A stretch of DNA of 60,568 bases, the filler included, from Globobulimina sp. (lineage: Eukaryota): NCBI GenBank assembly GCA_003354225.1. It is 17 parts of 17 records of this genome, joined end to end, with 100 filler letters (N's around TTAATTAATTAA, not from the genome) between each part and the next. Parts side by side here need not be neighbours in the genome. Positions count along the whole stretch, not along the records: positions 35,705 to 39,171 come from PIVH01002723.1; positions 39,272 to 42,738 come from PIVH01002724.1; positions 42,839 to 46,305 come from PIVH01002725.1; positions 46,406 to 49,871 come from PIVH01002726.1; 13 more parts are not named here. The stretch is one strand, 5' to 3'. Position numbers and translations under genes: made by a program. Shown one piece after another: positions 35,605-47,473 of the stretch. Numbering within the stretch: position 1 is the stretch's first letter; each line of letters begins with the position of its first letter. The notes beneath the pieces are model-generated. The model made no database searches. It worked only from the letters and a program-made list of their open reading frames with translations, and was not told where the DNA came from.

Positions 35605-36008
35605 NNNNNNNNNNNNNNNNNNNNNNNNNNNNNNNNNNNNNNNNNNNNTTAATTAATTAANNNNNNNNNNNNNNNNNNNNNNNNNNNNNNNNNNNNNNNN
35701 NNNNTGTCTTGTTTCCTTTGATTGGATGTATTGTTGTAATGATGCCCTTTCTGGATATACTGGATTATTTAAAGGGTAAATAAAAGATTTTATGTTGTAT
35801 AATGCTTGAAATTGTTCAATTTCATCCATGCAAAAATTAGTATTATGCTAACCAGTTAACGTCACACATTTAATAATACAAACGTCACGCATTTAATCTT
35901 CATACAAAGCAGTTTTCGAAAAAAAAAACAATTTTAATAAAAAACACCAAAAACAATTAAACTCATTTTAATAAAGGTGAATACGCAAAACTAGAAATAA
36001 TATCTGCA

Positions 36009-36437
36009 ATGGATAAAGGTGAAGAAAAAGAATGGCAAATTGTTCCTGGATGTAGCAAATCAGCACCATCATCATATCAAATCATAAATAAACAAATGCA
36101 AAACATCGAACAAGAAGTTAAAGAGTTAAACATCGTAAATAAAAATGTAAATGATCATGCTGCTTATCTACAAACCCAGTGTAACGAATTACATGATAAA
36201 GTTTCATACTGGAAGAACAGATATTTACATGTTGTTAAACATGAATTTGATGACTTGAAAGGCGAAAATAAATATTTAAATGAAAAAAATAAAGATTTAA
36301 ATGATAGTAATAATCATTGGAAAGCTCGATGTGACAAATTAAATGAAGAACTTACATTTTGGCAACACAAACATGATGGGCTATTATTAAAAATGAAAAA
36401 TATTGTAAATACCATTTGTGGTTTTAAATTTGATTAA
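36009..36437 (+). CDS. Hypothetical coiled-coil protein
   Basis: Heptad pattern with internal repeats CNELHDKVSYWK / CDKLNEELTFWQ. Confidence 0.55.
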   Translation: MDKGEEKEWQIVPGCSKSAPSSYQIINKQMQNIEQEVKELNIVNKNVNDHAAYLQTQCNELHDKVSYWKNRYLHVVKHEFDDLKGENKYLNEKNKDLNDSNNHWKARCDKLNEELTFWQHKHDGLLLKMKNIVNTICGFKFD

Positions 36438-36609
36438 GACATATTTGTTTTTTCCGTTGTGTATTTTTCCGGTTGGTTTTTTGTTTTTTAATTGCACGTT
36501 TATTTAAACATATCCTGATATTATATCAAAAAAATTACATCAATCAAATCAAAAATAAATTAGTTTTGATTTGTGATAAAATTCTGAAACAAAATGTATT
36601 TACTACATA

Positions 36610-37842
36610 TCAAGTTATATTTTCTTTTTTGATAAAATGTTTTAAAAAAATTTCAATATTTCCACGACTCCACCAATCAAAAATATCCTCATCCGTTTCA
36701 ACTCCTACTATTTTATCCAATTTAGCTCCAAAATCATATAACATATTAATAGATTCTTTACATTCATCAATCATATTTTTAACATTATCCTTAATCAATA
36801 CATCATTCTTTTTTAACACATTCATTATTGTAAATAATATAGATGCATTAATGGTTAAACACAATCCATTATTGTCATCACTCTCTGCGTCACCATTTTG
36901 TGGTTGCGACAGTTTATTTAATCCTAAATATATATAATGAACTTTCAAATTCTTATTTACAACCGCATCATTAAAACTATTTTCAAATATTGTACATTTC
37001 TCATTAATTGAATTTATAACTAAACAATCTGAATTTGTTGCAATAAATATTAATAAATTATGTCCGATATCGGCTCTGCCAGCAGGTGTAAAATCCATCA
37101 AATAAATACCATTTTCTTTAAATGTGTCCGTTGTTAAAATTGTATGTGAATTTATAAAGGCTGCAACTTTCTCTTTATTTCTCTCATTTTGTAAATAATG
37201 CAAATAATCACTTTCAAATATAACATATTTTGAGCAAATATTTACTTTACCTAAATATTTATTTCTCGATTCTATACCATTAAAAATCGTTTTTTCCAAA
37301 TCACTTAATCCAATATCCTCTCGAATATCATCAATCGCTGGGAATATTAACATCCTTAAAAATGTATTATTTCGACACTCTTTATCGAAATCGAGTTTGG
37401 CAAATGATTCGATTTTGGTAATACATAAAGCGCAAAAATAAGTTGGCATACAATTAGTTTTATAAAAAATTTGTTTCTCTTTATAACAAACAGGACACAA
37501 TTTATTTCTTAAAGCTTCAACTCTTTCAAACTGACATACACTCATTGGATTATGATTGATGCATTGAATGTGAATATTACTGGCATTTTCATCAGAATCT
37601 CCTTCAATATTGCTTGCATTATATGTTTTTGTTTTCTTGCATTTGAAATCGCGTACATCTTCATCAGAATCGCTTTCACTATCTAATTCAATATCGGATG
37701 AACTAAAACAAAAATCGGATGACATAATTTCTGATATTGGCTGAATTTCTGATTTATTATTGGGTGGCGTCAATCGTGTATCATCATCTTGTGGCATCAT
37801 AATAGGTTGAGATGTATTGTTTTCTTCGTCAGAGTTTGCCAT
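36610..37842 (-). CDS. Zn-finger plus possible clan-CE (ULP/adenain-like) cysteine protease domain
   Basis: CPVC..C...CALC, then GHNLLIFI...VINS...QPQNG...GLC, i.e. His, Asn, Gln, Cys in clan-CE order. Confidence 0.45.
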   Translation of the reverse strand: MANSDEENNTSQPIMMPQDDDTRLTPPNNKSEIQPISEIMSSDFCFSSSDIELDSESDSDEDVRDFKCKKTKTYNASNIEGDSDENASNIHIQCINHNPMSVCQFERVEALRNKLCPVCYKEKQIFYKTNCMPTYFCALCITKIESFAKLDFDKECRNNTFLRMLIFPAIDDIREDIGLSDLEKTIFNGIESRNKYLGKVNICSKYVIFESDYLHYLQNERNKEKVAAFINSHTILTTDTFKENGIYLMDFTPAGRADIGHNLLIFIATNSDCLVINSINEKCTIFENSFNDAVVNKNLKVHYIYLGLNKLSQPQNGDAESDDNNGLCLTINASILFTIMNVLKKNDVLIKDNVKNMIDECKESINMLYDFGAKLDKIVGVETDEDIFDWWSRGNIEIFLKHFIKKENIT

Positions 37843-38032
37843 GATGAAGACTAATCTTAAAATGTTGACTCACTTTGTAAAAATCTTAAAATGTTACTTA
37901 CCGCATACAATCACGGTCATAGCGCAGGTCCTAACGAGTTCGACAATGTAGATTCATTCATTAAATTAAATTAGACAAAATTAGACAATATAGATTGATT
38001 CATTCATTAAAAGACAAGTTAAATTAATTTAT

Positions 38033-38674
38033 TCATATTTCTGTTCCTTGATGTGAAGACTTACTTTCCTTCGCTATATAGCTTAGCCATTGTTCATCTC
38101 GATCTGGAGAATAATCTGCATCCATACGATCTTCAAAAAGCACAGTTTGGTCCATATATTCCTCTTGGCTCCAAGTTTCAGCACGTTCTAAATTAGCAGA
38201 TTCATTATCACCATCAATATCTTCTGAAATATCCGGTTCATTATCACCATCAATATCTTCTGAAAAATCCGGTTCATTATCACCATTCAATTTTCGTATC
38301 TCGGAAAGTAGCTCTTGCTGTCGTGTATTTATTATTTCTCCTAAACCATTAATTTTTGATTGTATTGTATCTTCGATCATATTGTAAAATACATCTTTAT
38401 TGATTTGTACTTCTTGAATTATTTCCAATAATTCTTGAATTTTTGTTTGTGATGCTCTGAGTTCAATTCTGTAATTTTGATGCATCTGTTTTATTTCATC
38501 ATCTTTCCGTGCTACCTTTTGCAATAATGAGGACCTTTCTCTTTCCGCTTTTAAAAATTTTGATCTAAAATTTTCAGTAACATCGCCTTTCCTCTTTAAG
38601 GTTCTGAAGCTCTTGACTTTTCGGTTTGTGTTGTTTGTGTTGTTTGTGTTGTTTGTGTTGTTTGTGTTGTCCAT
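38033..38674 (-). CDS. Hypothetical coiled-coil protein with NNT and DGDNEPD repeats
   Basis: 213-aa ORF; 9-bp repeat at about 38625-38670 and 33-bp repeats at about 38200-38285. Confidence 0.55.
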   Translation of the reverse strand: MDNTNNTNNTNNTNNTNRKVKSFRTLKRKGDVTENFRSKFLKAERERSSLLQKVARKDDEIKQMHQNYRIELRASQTKIQELLEIIQEVQINKDVFYNMIEDTIQSKINGLGEIINTRQQELLSEIRKLNGDNEPDFSEDIDGDNEPDISEDIDGDNESANLERAETWSQEEYMDQTVLFEDRMDADYSPDRDEQWLSYIAKESKSSHQGTEI

Positions 38675-39271
38675 ATCTGTGTAAAATAGTATTAAAATTT
38701 ATTACTGTCAATTTAAATGGATTATGTTAGAAGATACGTATAATGACGTGGACGAAAACCTCACAACGTTTTTTTTTAGAAGTAGCTGAATATACCGGGA
38801 TATGTCATATAATATCGATTTTTGCGTACCTAACAAGTTTAACGGTGCTATACAAAAACAAAAAATATCAACAAATATCAATACTCAATAGTTATTGCAT
38901 TATCATATAGATACTTTGATAAAAAACGCAAGATATGTAAACAACTCCATTTACCTTTTTTAATGTTATGTACGTGATGACTTTGTAACATTCCTCCCTG
39001 ATTGACCATCAACGAAACAGATCCAGCTCTTTGAGTAAAATGTAAATTGTTGTACTCCGCATTTCTTCCACACTTTATTGATGTATCATCGAAACAGAAT
39101 TTAACAAACTCATCAGAAACATAATCAAATGATTTGGTTACTGCATTCGCAGTGCCATTCCTCTCAAATGCNNNNNNNNNNNNNNNNNNNNNNNNNNNNN
39201 NNNNNNNNNNNNNNNTTAATTAATTAANNNNNNNNNNNNNNNNNNNNNNNNNNNNNNNNNNNNNNNNNNNN

Positions 39272-39885
39272 ATCTCGCGCACTCTTGAAGCAAATACATT
39301 TTTCCATCCCAACTGTTGCGCAATCATCAAATACGCATATAACTGCAACCCCAAATGTACGCCATGGAATCTTCGCGCCACAACAAACCATCCACCAACT
39401 TTCAACAACCGATTCGCTTCAACCAAAAAAGTCTTGCATGGATGTCCAATTTGCTTATCCTGCATTATGCAGTTCACACTGCTCACAACATCCACAGTGC
39501 CATCCCCAAACCGCTTCAATTCATTGCTCTTGCAATCCAACACCGCCATATCCTCATAATACGTATCAAATTTGTTATCCTTTCCAATAGCAATCATCTC
39601 CGCTGATACATCAAATCCATACAAACACACTTTTTTTAGCAGCGATTCTTTCTCGATTTCAGCCATATATCCTCGAACATTTTTATCCATCAACAACTTT
39701 CCAAAATCGCCCCATCCGCAGCCAATGTCCACCACCTTATAAACTCCGCCATTATCTACAACATTGTCATTATTTTTCATCTCTGGAACACTGCGAATTA
39801 GTTTTACAATCTGCGTTTGCCGAATATAAATACCCAAACTATCAGCACAGCCAAAGAAGCGTTCCTGGTTAAAATAGCCATTATG
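39272..39885 (-). CDS. Class I SAM-dependent methyltransferase, partial copy 1
   Basis: VVDIGCGWG, YGFDVSAEMI, DVVSS and RLLKVGGWF motifs. Confidence 0.85.
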
Positions 39886-40019
39886 GCTCGCGCACTCTTG
39901 AAGCAAATACATTTTTCCATCCCAACTGTTGCGCAATCATCAAATACGCATATAACTGCAACCCCAAATGTATGCCATGGAATCTTCGCGTCACAACAAA
40001 CCATCCACCAACCATCCAC

Positions 40020-40192
40020 CAATTGGTGGTTCCTTTGTTGCACATATATTGGCGATGGATCCATCATATCCAAAAGTATTGTTATTAGAAGCAGGCACTA
40101 AACATAATACATCTGGCTTATCCACGCAAATGGTGCCCGCAATGGTAGCAGAGAATCAATTAACTGATATCGATTGGGAGTATCAATCATGA
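40020..40192 (+). pseudogene. GMC oxidoreductase N-terminal fragment
   Basis: GGSFVAHILA..KVLLLEAG...DWEYQS, abutting a third partial methyltransferase copy at about 39887-40010. Confidence 0.65.
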
Positions 40193-40933
40193 TAAGAACC
40201 GTCGGATGGTTATTGTTGTAAATGGAATAAAGAAAGAAATGGAATAAAGAAAGGTAAAATAACCGGAATGATGCGCGTAATTTAGTGGAGAAAAATAGTA
40301 TTTTTAATGAAGCGGTTGTCAATGCATAAAAAAACATTCATCCTGGCCATTATTAATTATTTTATGCACCATTCCGATTGATTTTAATACATATTGGTGA
40401 TTTTTTCATTCATTCAAAGCAAAATTGGTATGTTTTTGCTTTATTCAACCCTTTGGCCTTTTCCTCCATCAGGCTTTGCTACATCTCGTTTATCATAAAT
40501 TTAGGTATTTGATCACGTGTATTTGATCGTTATGTTCTGCGATATTGTTAGTGAATGACTGCTCTTTTCCATTTCCACCTCTTTTGCATGGATTCCATAT
40601 TAATTAATGTGAAAATTGATACATTTTTATATTAATAGATGAGGAATCCTCTGCAAATCCGGTCCCTCCGTTTAACGTATATTAGTTATTTAGTGACTAT
40701 TTCAATACAAAAACGGAAAATGGTAACTATTTATGCGACTATTTAACTTGTACAGGCTCTTTTTTAGAAATCTAAACGATTAAAGTAATTATACTAAAAA
40801 CCTTAAAATGTTCACTAGAGGTGCGACTCTTTTAACATTATATTTTTAACATATTTTCCTTCCTAAAAGCCGTTTTTTCAAATTGTAAGAAGTTAAATAT
40901 TAATAATAACAAACAATCCTAAACTAGACAAAC

Positions 40934-41846
40934 TCAAAAAATAAATGTGGAAACAAAAGCAAATAAAATAACATGAATTATGCTGTGCTGAATGCTTCCA
41001 GAGTTTTGTGTTGTGGCTGGAATTTGCGATTGTTCCGTTGGCTTTTCGCAAAAATTGTCGTTCTTCTTGATATCTACATCATTTTTGTAGCAGCCAATTT
41101 GTTTTACATAAAGAGTGCTGTTTAAGTATACTTTTTCTGGAATACACATATCAATGAGGCTGGCTGAATAGAAGCCCTGCGAATCATCACTGCATCCACC
41201 TGCACCATTATACTTATATACTAATGTTGTTGTCGCATTACATGTTATCCTGTTACATGCAAACAAATATTAGTATTTTATGTATTTTTTTATAGATATA
41301 AATATAGATTACATACATTTGATAGGTATCGTCTGTTTGATGTAGACACACATCAACAACATTGGATTCCGGTCTACAATCATCAGCGCAACAATCAGGT
41401 ACAATATTCTGATAGCCATATGATCTACAAACATCTGTCACTGCATAATCATCAGTACCATCACAATTAAATGAATTTAGTTCGCCAGCTCCTGTACTCG
41501 TGTCATACAAAGTTGTTTCTGCTGCTGCTGTTGCGTGACATGTGTCAGTCTGACCATACTTTGTGAATGTTACTGTATCTTTATTACACGAATATTTTCC
41601 ATGCCAATTTATAGGTTGTTCTCCAGCTAATGTTGTTTGATAAATAATACAAACATCAATTGGATACACATGATTTTCTAACTCTGAGTCCATCTCTGAA
41701 CTGAATGTTCCCACAAAATATCGGGGAGCACCATTAATCTGTGTGATTATTTTAAATTTGATTAAAGCAAAGATAGAGTTAATGTATGTAACTGTTCATA
41801 CCAATGAGATTAATGTTGATAATGTCAGTAGTTTTAACGTGTACAT
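40934..41846 (-). CDS. Secreted Cys-rich, probably GPI-anchored surface protein, two introns
   Basis: Signal peptide; introns 41801..41739 and 41316..41250; repeated PIDVC/VVDVC/LIDMC units; hydrophobic C-terminal tail after NSG. Confidence 0.75.
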
Positions 41847-42265
41847 TGCTGGAATGATTGCTTTGTTTTTGAAGATTTACAGTTGAGTTTCTGACTCCGA
41901 CGAGTTGTGATTCACGGTTAAGGTTCTAGAGATATTTTATTTATAAATTTAGATTCTATAATTAGCCATCTACTATTTTTATAGATTTTTTATAAAAACA
42001 TAAATGGTATTTTACTGCAGCTGGATGGTTTATATCTATTTAAAATATTTAAAATAATATCTTCAAAAAAAAAAATAATATTCAATATACCATAAACAAC
42101 CTCGCCGGGATGTTTCAACAATCGGTGAGTATGGAGCCAGACTTACTTATATGACACGATTTGGATCAAACACATGTGACGAAAGTAGTTGTGCCCAATA
42201 TGTGGTGTCATGTAATATTTATACATAACAAGAAAATAACACACAAGACAAAAATTAACATATTT

Positions 42266-42738
42266 TCATTGTCCATCCATTGGATTTTGCATTTTTTGCC
42301 ATCCAATATAAAATATCTCGCGCACTCTTGAAGCAAATACATTTTTCCATCCCAACTGTTGCGCAATCATCAAATACGCATATAACTGCAACCCCAAATG
42401 TACGCCATGGAATCTTCGCGTCACAACAAACCATCCACCAACTTTCAACAACCGATTCGCTTCAACCAAAAAAGTCTTGCATGGATGTCCAATTTGCTTA
42501 TCCTGCATTATGCAGTTCACACTGCTCACAATATCCACAGTGCCATCCCCAAACCGCTTCAATTCATTCCTCTTACAATCCAACACTGCCATATCCTCAT
42601 AATACGTATCAAATTTGTTATCCTTTCCAATAGCAATCATCTCCGACGATACATCAAATCCATACAAACACACTTTTTTTAACAGCGATTCTTTCTCGAT
42701 TTCAGCCATATATCCTCGAACATTTTTATCCATCAACA
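42266..42738 (-). CDS. Class I SAM-dependent methyltransferase, partial copy 2 (C-terminal part)
   Basis: 42315..42738 is nearly identical to 39272..39695, with scattered substitutions. Confidence 0.85.
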
Positions 42739-42838
42739 NNNNNNNNNNNNNNNNNNNNNNNNNNNNNNNNNNNNNNNNNNNNTTAATTAATTAANNNNNN
42801 NNNNNNNNNNNNNNNNNNNNNNNNNNNNNNNNNNNNNN

Positions 42839-43328
42839 TCATATAATATTTTATAATGGTATTAAATGGAGCGTTTTTCAAATATTTATGCGTATTATAT
42901 ACGGTGTAAAATCTATAAAAATGTAAGAAACCCTCAAAAAAATAAATAATAAATAGCATAATGATACTAATTATCGTTGAGTTGTAAATCCTGTAATTAT
43001 CAGAAATTATCAATATATTATGTATTGGCGTTGGTTTTACGAAATATGTAAAATCTTGTGTTTGACCAAATGGATATAATAATATTATTGTGATCAAGTC
43101 AGAAGAATTCCGACCATGTTCCGGATATTCATATATAGCATCTGGGTCACAAATATATAGCAATGTTAAATACATTGACAATCCTAATTGAAATACACCA
43201 TACATAATGAATAAAACTGGATATGCTCCAAATTCTGTATTGTTACCTTTAGTTTGTCGACATTTGAAGTGTTTATAAAAGTGGATTAGGTTTACGAATA
43301 TTAAAATTAGATTGCATAAAATCACCAT
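42839..43328 (-). CDS. Hypothetical multi-pass membrane protein, 3'-truncated
   Basis: Hydrophobic ORF open to the contig edge. Confidence 0.45.
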
Positions 43329-43468
43329 TTTTAATCCACTAAATTAGCAGGGATGATTGCTTGAAGATTGAAACGTTTTTAAAAAACGCTGACTAGTATT
43401 TATAGGCGTTGTTGTCGGGATATCGTGGTCAGAAAAATCAAAAGATGAGTCACATACAATCTGACATC

Positions 43469-44107
43469 TCAACAATTAGAAATAAATAATCTTTTAAAAC
43501 AAACCAATAAATGTCTATTTAAATTTGATTTGTTTGTAAAATGAGCATTACATTTCTTGCAAGGATACAATTTTCGCTCCTTTGTTTTTAAATGCGTTTC
43601 AAAGTGTTTTTGTAATGAGTTTTTCCGATCAAATCGCTTCTTACAATATCTACAAATAAATTGTAACTGTTTCTGATAGATCCCATCCGCATGGATTCTT
43701 TTCGTATGCTTCCGTAAATTTGAAGGATCATTGAATTTCATCGAACAAAACTTACGTTGATGTATTTTTAAGTCATATTTTCGAGCAAATGATTTGTTGC
43801 AAATATTCAAATATGAACATTTAAATGGCTTTTTTGTATGTTGCCGTGAATGTGCTATCAAATATTTTAAATCTGCGAAGTATTTGGTGCAGCCATTAAA
43901 AGTACAACAATAATATTGCAATTGCACAGGTTTTAAATTGTTATCTGGTACGAAACTAAAATGATTATATTTCTTTTGATGGCTTAATAATTGTTTTCGA
44001 TCAGCAAATATAGCAAAACAATGTCGACAACAAACAGCTGTGTTATTTTGTGTATTAAATTTGTTTGAACATTTTACAGAAATTTCAGGGGAAAATAATG
44101 GAAACAT
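43469..44107 (-). CDS. C2H2 zinc-finger protein
   Basis: Multiple CxxC..F..L..H..H fingers and an HTKKPFKC linker; one finger appears partly deleted. Confidence 0.88.
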   Translation of the reverse strand: MFPLFSPEISVKCSNKFNTQNNTAVCCRHCFAIFADRKQLLSHQKKYNHFSFVPDNNLKPVQLQYYCCTFNGCTKYFADLKYLIAHSRQHTKKPFKCSYLNICNKSFARKYDLKIHQRKFCSMKFNDPSNLRKHTKRIHADGIYQKQLQFICRYCKKRFDRKNSLQKHFETHLKTKERKLYPCKKCNAHFTNKSNLNRHLLVCFKRLFISNC

Positions 44108-44546
44108 ACAGTGAAATCGACAAATTTGTTCCTTGTGAGTTTTAATGTTTTGAATTTTTTTTTTAATCCAAGTATTACAAAGACATAATGTATGCGATTT
44201 AGTCGATTTATGTGCGACGACCGGCTCAAGCTCACCTCGGACAATACCTGACAGCGTTATTTGTCCTCACGATGTAACCATTCTGTTTTGAGTATAATTT
44301 GGATGTGGGATAACATTGCACATTCGGTTCTATTCCCGGTTTGAGACTTGGAAGTAATTGCATTGTTTGTGTTGTGATTGGTTTGTTTGTGGTTTGCGTT
44401 GCGTTCAATATTAAAGAGACAAGGATTAGAGTTCTGCAGATAGTGCTTTTTTTTACTATGTATGTGAAGTGTGCATAATTATAATATTATTCTGCTCAAA
44501 TAAAAAAGCCGTAAAGTATGTTTAAACACTTATTTATTTAGAAGGC

Positions 44547-46305
44547 TTAGCGCGGCTCAGAACGAGCAAAATATATATTACAAACACCGATATTGATCAT
44601 CTGTATTTGAGGATTTTGAGCGGACCAAGGGTTATCACCGTCGATTAGATTGTCTTTTTCGTCATCATTTATAGCTTCATTATCCAATTGCAATTTCATT
44701 TTACATTTTTCAAATCTGATCGGATTAAAACGAAGAGAGCCATAAAACGAAGAGATCTCTGAATGCTTTGATTCATTTTCCAAATCTCGCCCAATCTCTG
44801 TGATTAAAGCAATAAAATCAGCTTTGACTTTTCTATTCAAGTTATTTGCAAAAGAAGCACAAATACATTTTGTAAAATAACCCCGATCAGACATAGCTCG
44901 ACCTTTAATATTCCCTGATATTGTCATAAAATTTGAGTCATACGATATCTTTCCATATTGGTCGCCACTGTTATCATAAACCAATGAAGTGTGCACATTT
45001 ATTGATCTTAGTAATTGTGTTGATTTAGATGTACGATCACCTTCTCCATCTCCATAATCATTTGTACCTTGACAGCCATGATGGAATATTAACTTAATCA
45101 ATGATGAGTGATCAAATAATTCTGCTGATGTTATCAATTCATGACAAATGAAATCAACAGCAACACTTTTTCCATCCGATGCTATAAAAACATCATTCGA
45201 TCCATGAGATATGACATGAACAATAACACAATCATAATATTTCTCGTCATTCAATGTTTGACCCAATTTTTGCTTATGACGATCAATAAAATCAATTACA
45301 TCCCCTTTGGAACAGTATAAACTATCACCACAAACAAACACATCATATTCATATTTGCCTCGCCATAATGCCATGAGATCAATAACATTTTGTTCAACTC
45401 CGGGCAAATTTTGATCTTTATCATCAAACTCAGACATGGCAATGATTAAAACCAATGCGTTATCCACCACATGGGCATTCATATAATTTTTTCTGCAACA
45501 ATATAACAACGTAATTACACACAAACACACAATTATGGCAAATGATAGCAACGCATAAAACAAATAGGAAACAAATGGAGGGATTTTTGGCGGTTTTGGC
45601 CCTGTTTGTTGCAATTCTGCGGAGAACATAAGTTTATTGTTGTTAAACAACGTCCTCAATGTAGTGGTTGTATCATTAATAAAGACGGAGTTCAAAGAAA
45701 TAAAGCGGATTATTTCGCAAACGTTTTCGTCTTCACATTGGATGATGGATAATAATAACATGCTATTCTTAGAGGTCTGAACTAATCCATTTGGTTTCGA
45801 AAGAATTTGGAACAGTTTGTAATGTAGTTCATCTGCATGCAATTCAATTTTTGAAGTTTCCAAGTATGAGCGCTTCAATATCAACAAAATATTATGCAAA
45901 ACAGTTTTATTGTTTAGGACGTAATTGCAATTGTTTTGTGTTAGCTCGTAAAATATATAATCGATTTCTAGCGACACTGAATATTCATCGGTTGTCGTGG
46001 GATCCATAGTTGGCAATGAAGTTGGTTCAAACGTTGGAACTAACGTAGGGTTTGACGATGGATTCAAACTTGGAATTACAGTTGGATCTGTAGTTGGATT
46101 TGACGTTGGGTTTTCTGAAGGATATAACGTGGGATATATAGTTGGTAATGCAGTGGGTTCAAACGTTGGATCTAACGTAGGGATTAAAGAAGGATTAAAA
46201 CTTGGAATTACAGTTGGATATGTCGTTGGATTTAAAGTAGGATATGTCGTTGGATTTAAAGTTGGATTTGTACTTGGATTTGAGCTCGGATTTGTGGTTG
46301 GAATA
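44547..46305 (-). CDS. Single-pass membrane protein: PT-repeat stalk, TM, cytoplasmic peptidase C14 (caspase-family) domain; 5'-truncated
   Basis: (P-T/S-x-x)n open to the contig edge; TM YLFYALLSFAIIVCLCVITLLY; NALVLII..LPG, VHVISHG and KLIFHHGCQG dyad motifs. Confidence 0.85.
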
Positions 46306-46614
46306 NNNNNNNNNNNNNNNNNNNNNNNNNNNNNNNNNNNNNNNNNNNNTTAATTAATTAANNNNNNNNNNNNNNNNNNNNNNNNNNNNNNNNNNNNNNN
46401 NNNNNAATATATGGTTAAGATGAATACAATGGTTGATATGGTAATAACATTCATACTTTATTTAAAAATGAAGACCTTTGTTCATTAGACTATGGCTATT
46501 AAAATAATTCAAAACGCTTGAAAACTTCAACATGAATACTGATCGGATTTATTTAAACGTACAAATATGAATTGAAAACAATGCATACAATAAGTGTTAA
46601 TACGAGAAGTCACA

Positions 46615-47319
46615 TTATAAAATTTCGCAATCAACAGGTTCAATTTTAAATAATTGTTTTAATGCAATTTTGTCATAAGCATCTCCGTCCGATGCACGTT
46701 CTATCAATCTGGCTTTCAACTCATCCGGAGCCAACTCCCTGATTGTTTTAAGTAATCCGCCTTCATCACTTTTAACCAATGTCGTTTGTAAATTTTGAAT
46801 GAATTTCATAAATTTCTCATTGTGTGCTACATTTTGAATTGGTTCCCATGTCTTGTCCTCTTCATTTGGATAACCGTCCCATTCCACCTTATAAAGACAT
46901 TTGCCGCCGGAAAATGTCCAACAAAGAATATCTTTTACTGGATAGTTATTATCATTTTTTGCTGATTTTTTTATTTTTTTTTTGCTCGGCTCTCCGTTAT
47001 CTCCATTTACATTTACATCTTCATCTCTTTTTCTTTTTTTATTCTGATTTTTATTTTTATCATTATTTTTATCCATTTTTATATCATCATCTTCGTCTTC
47101 TTCCTCCTCGTTTTCATTATTTCCAACCAATTCATTTACTTCATTCTCATTGTCTTGTTTTATATCATTTGAGTCATCATCTTTTTCATTTTTTTCTGGT
47201 GTGTCTTCATTTTCTGATGTTTCAGTTGTTTTGCTTTTGGTAACCTCCATCAAGGCAAGTTTCGGCGATGATTCAGTGGATGTTTCAACTTCATTTTCTT
47301 TGGCTTCTGCTGCAGACAT
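46615..47319 (-). CDS. Chromodomain protein
   Basis: YPVKDIL...LYKVEWDGYPNEEDKTWEPIQNV; acidic N-terminus and NLS-like KKRKR / PSKKKIKK. Confidence 0.9.
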   Translation of the reverse strand: MSAAEAKENEVETSTESSPKLALMEVTKSKTTETSENEDTPEKNEKDDDSNDIKQDNENEVNELVGNNENEEEEDEDDDIKMDKNNDKNKNQNKKRKRDEDVNVNGDNGEPSKKKIKKSAKNDNNYPVKDILCWTFSGGKCLYKVEWDGYPNEEDKTWEPIQNVAHNEKFMKFIQNLQTTLVKSDEGGLLKTIRELAPDELKARLIERASDGDAYDKIALKQLFKIEPVDCEIL

Positions 47320-47473
47320 TATTTAACAGAGTGTCACTAAAAAACAATACAAAAACATAAACTTCAAAAATACTATCTTCAAAACACTAAGAAATCAATT
47401 TGAATCCATTGATGCATGCACAGTACAATAATTACATTAACTCACAAAACGATACAAACAGTTGACAGGAATA

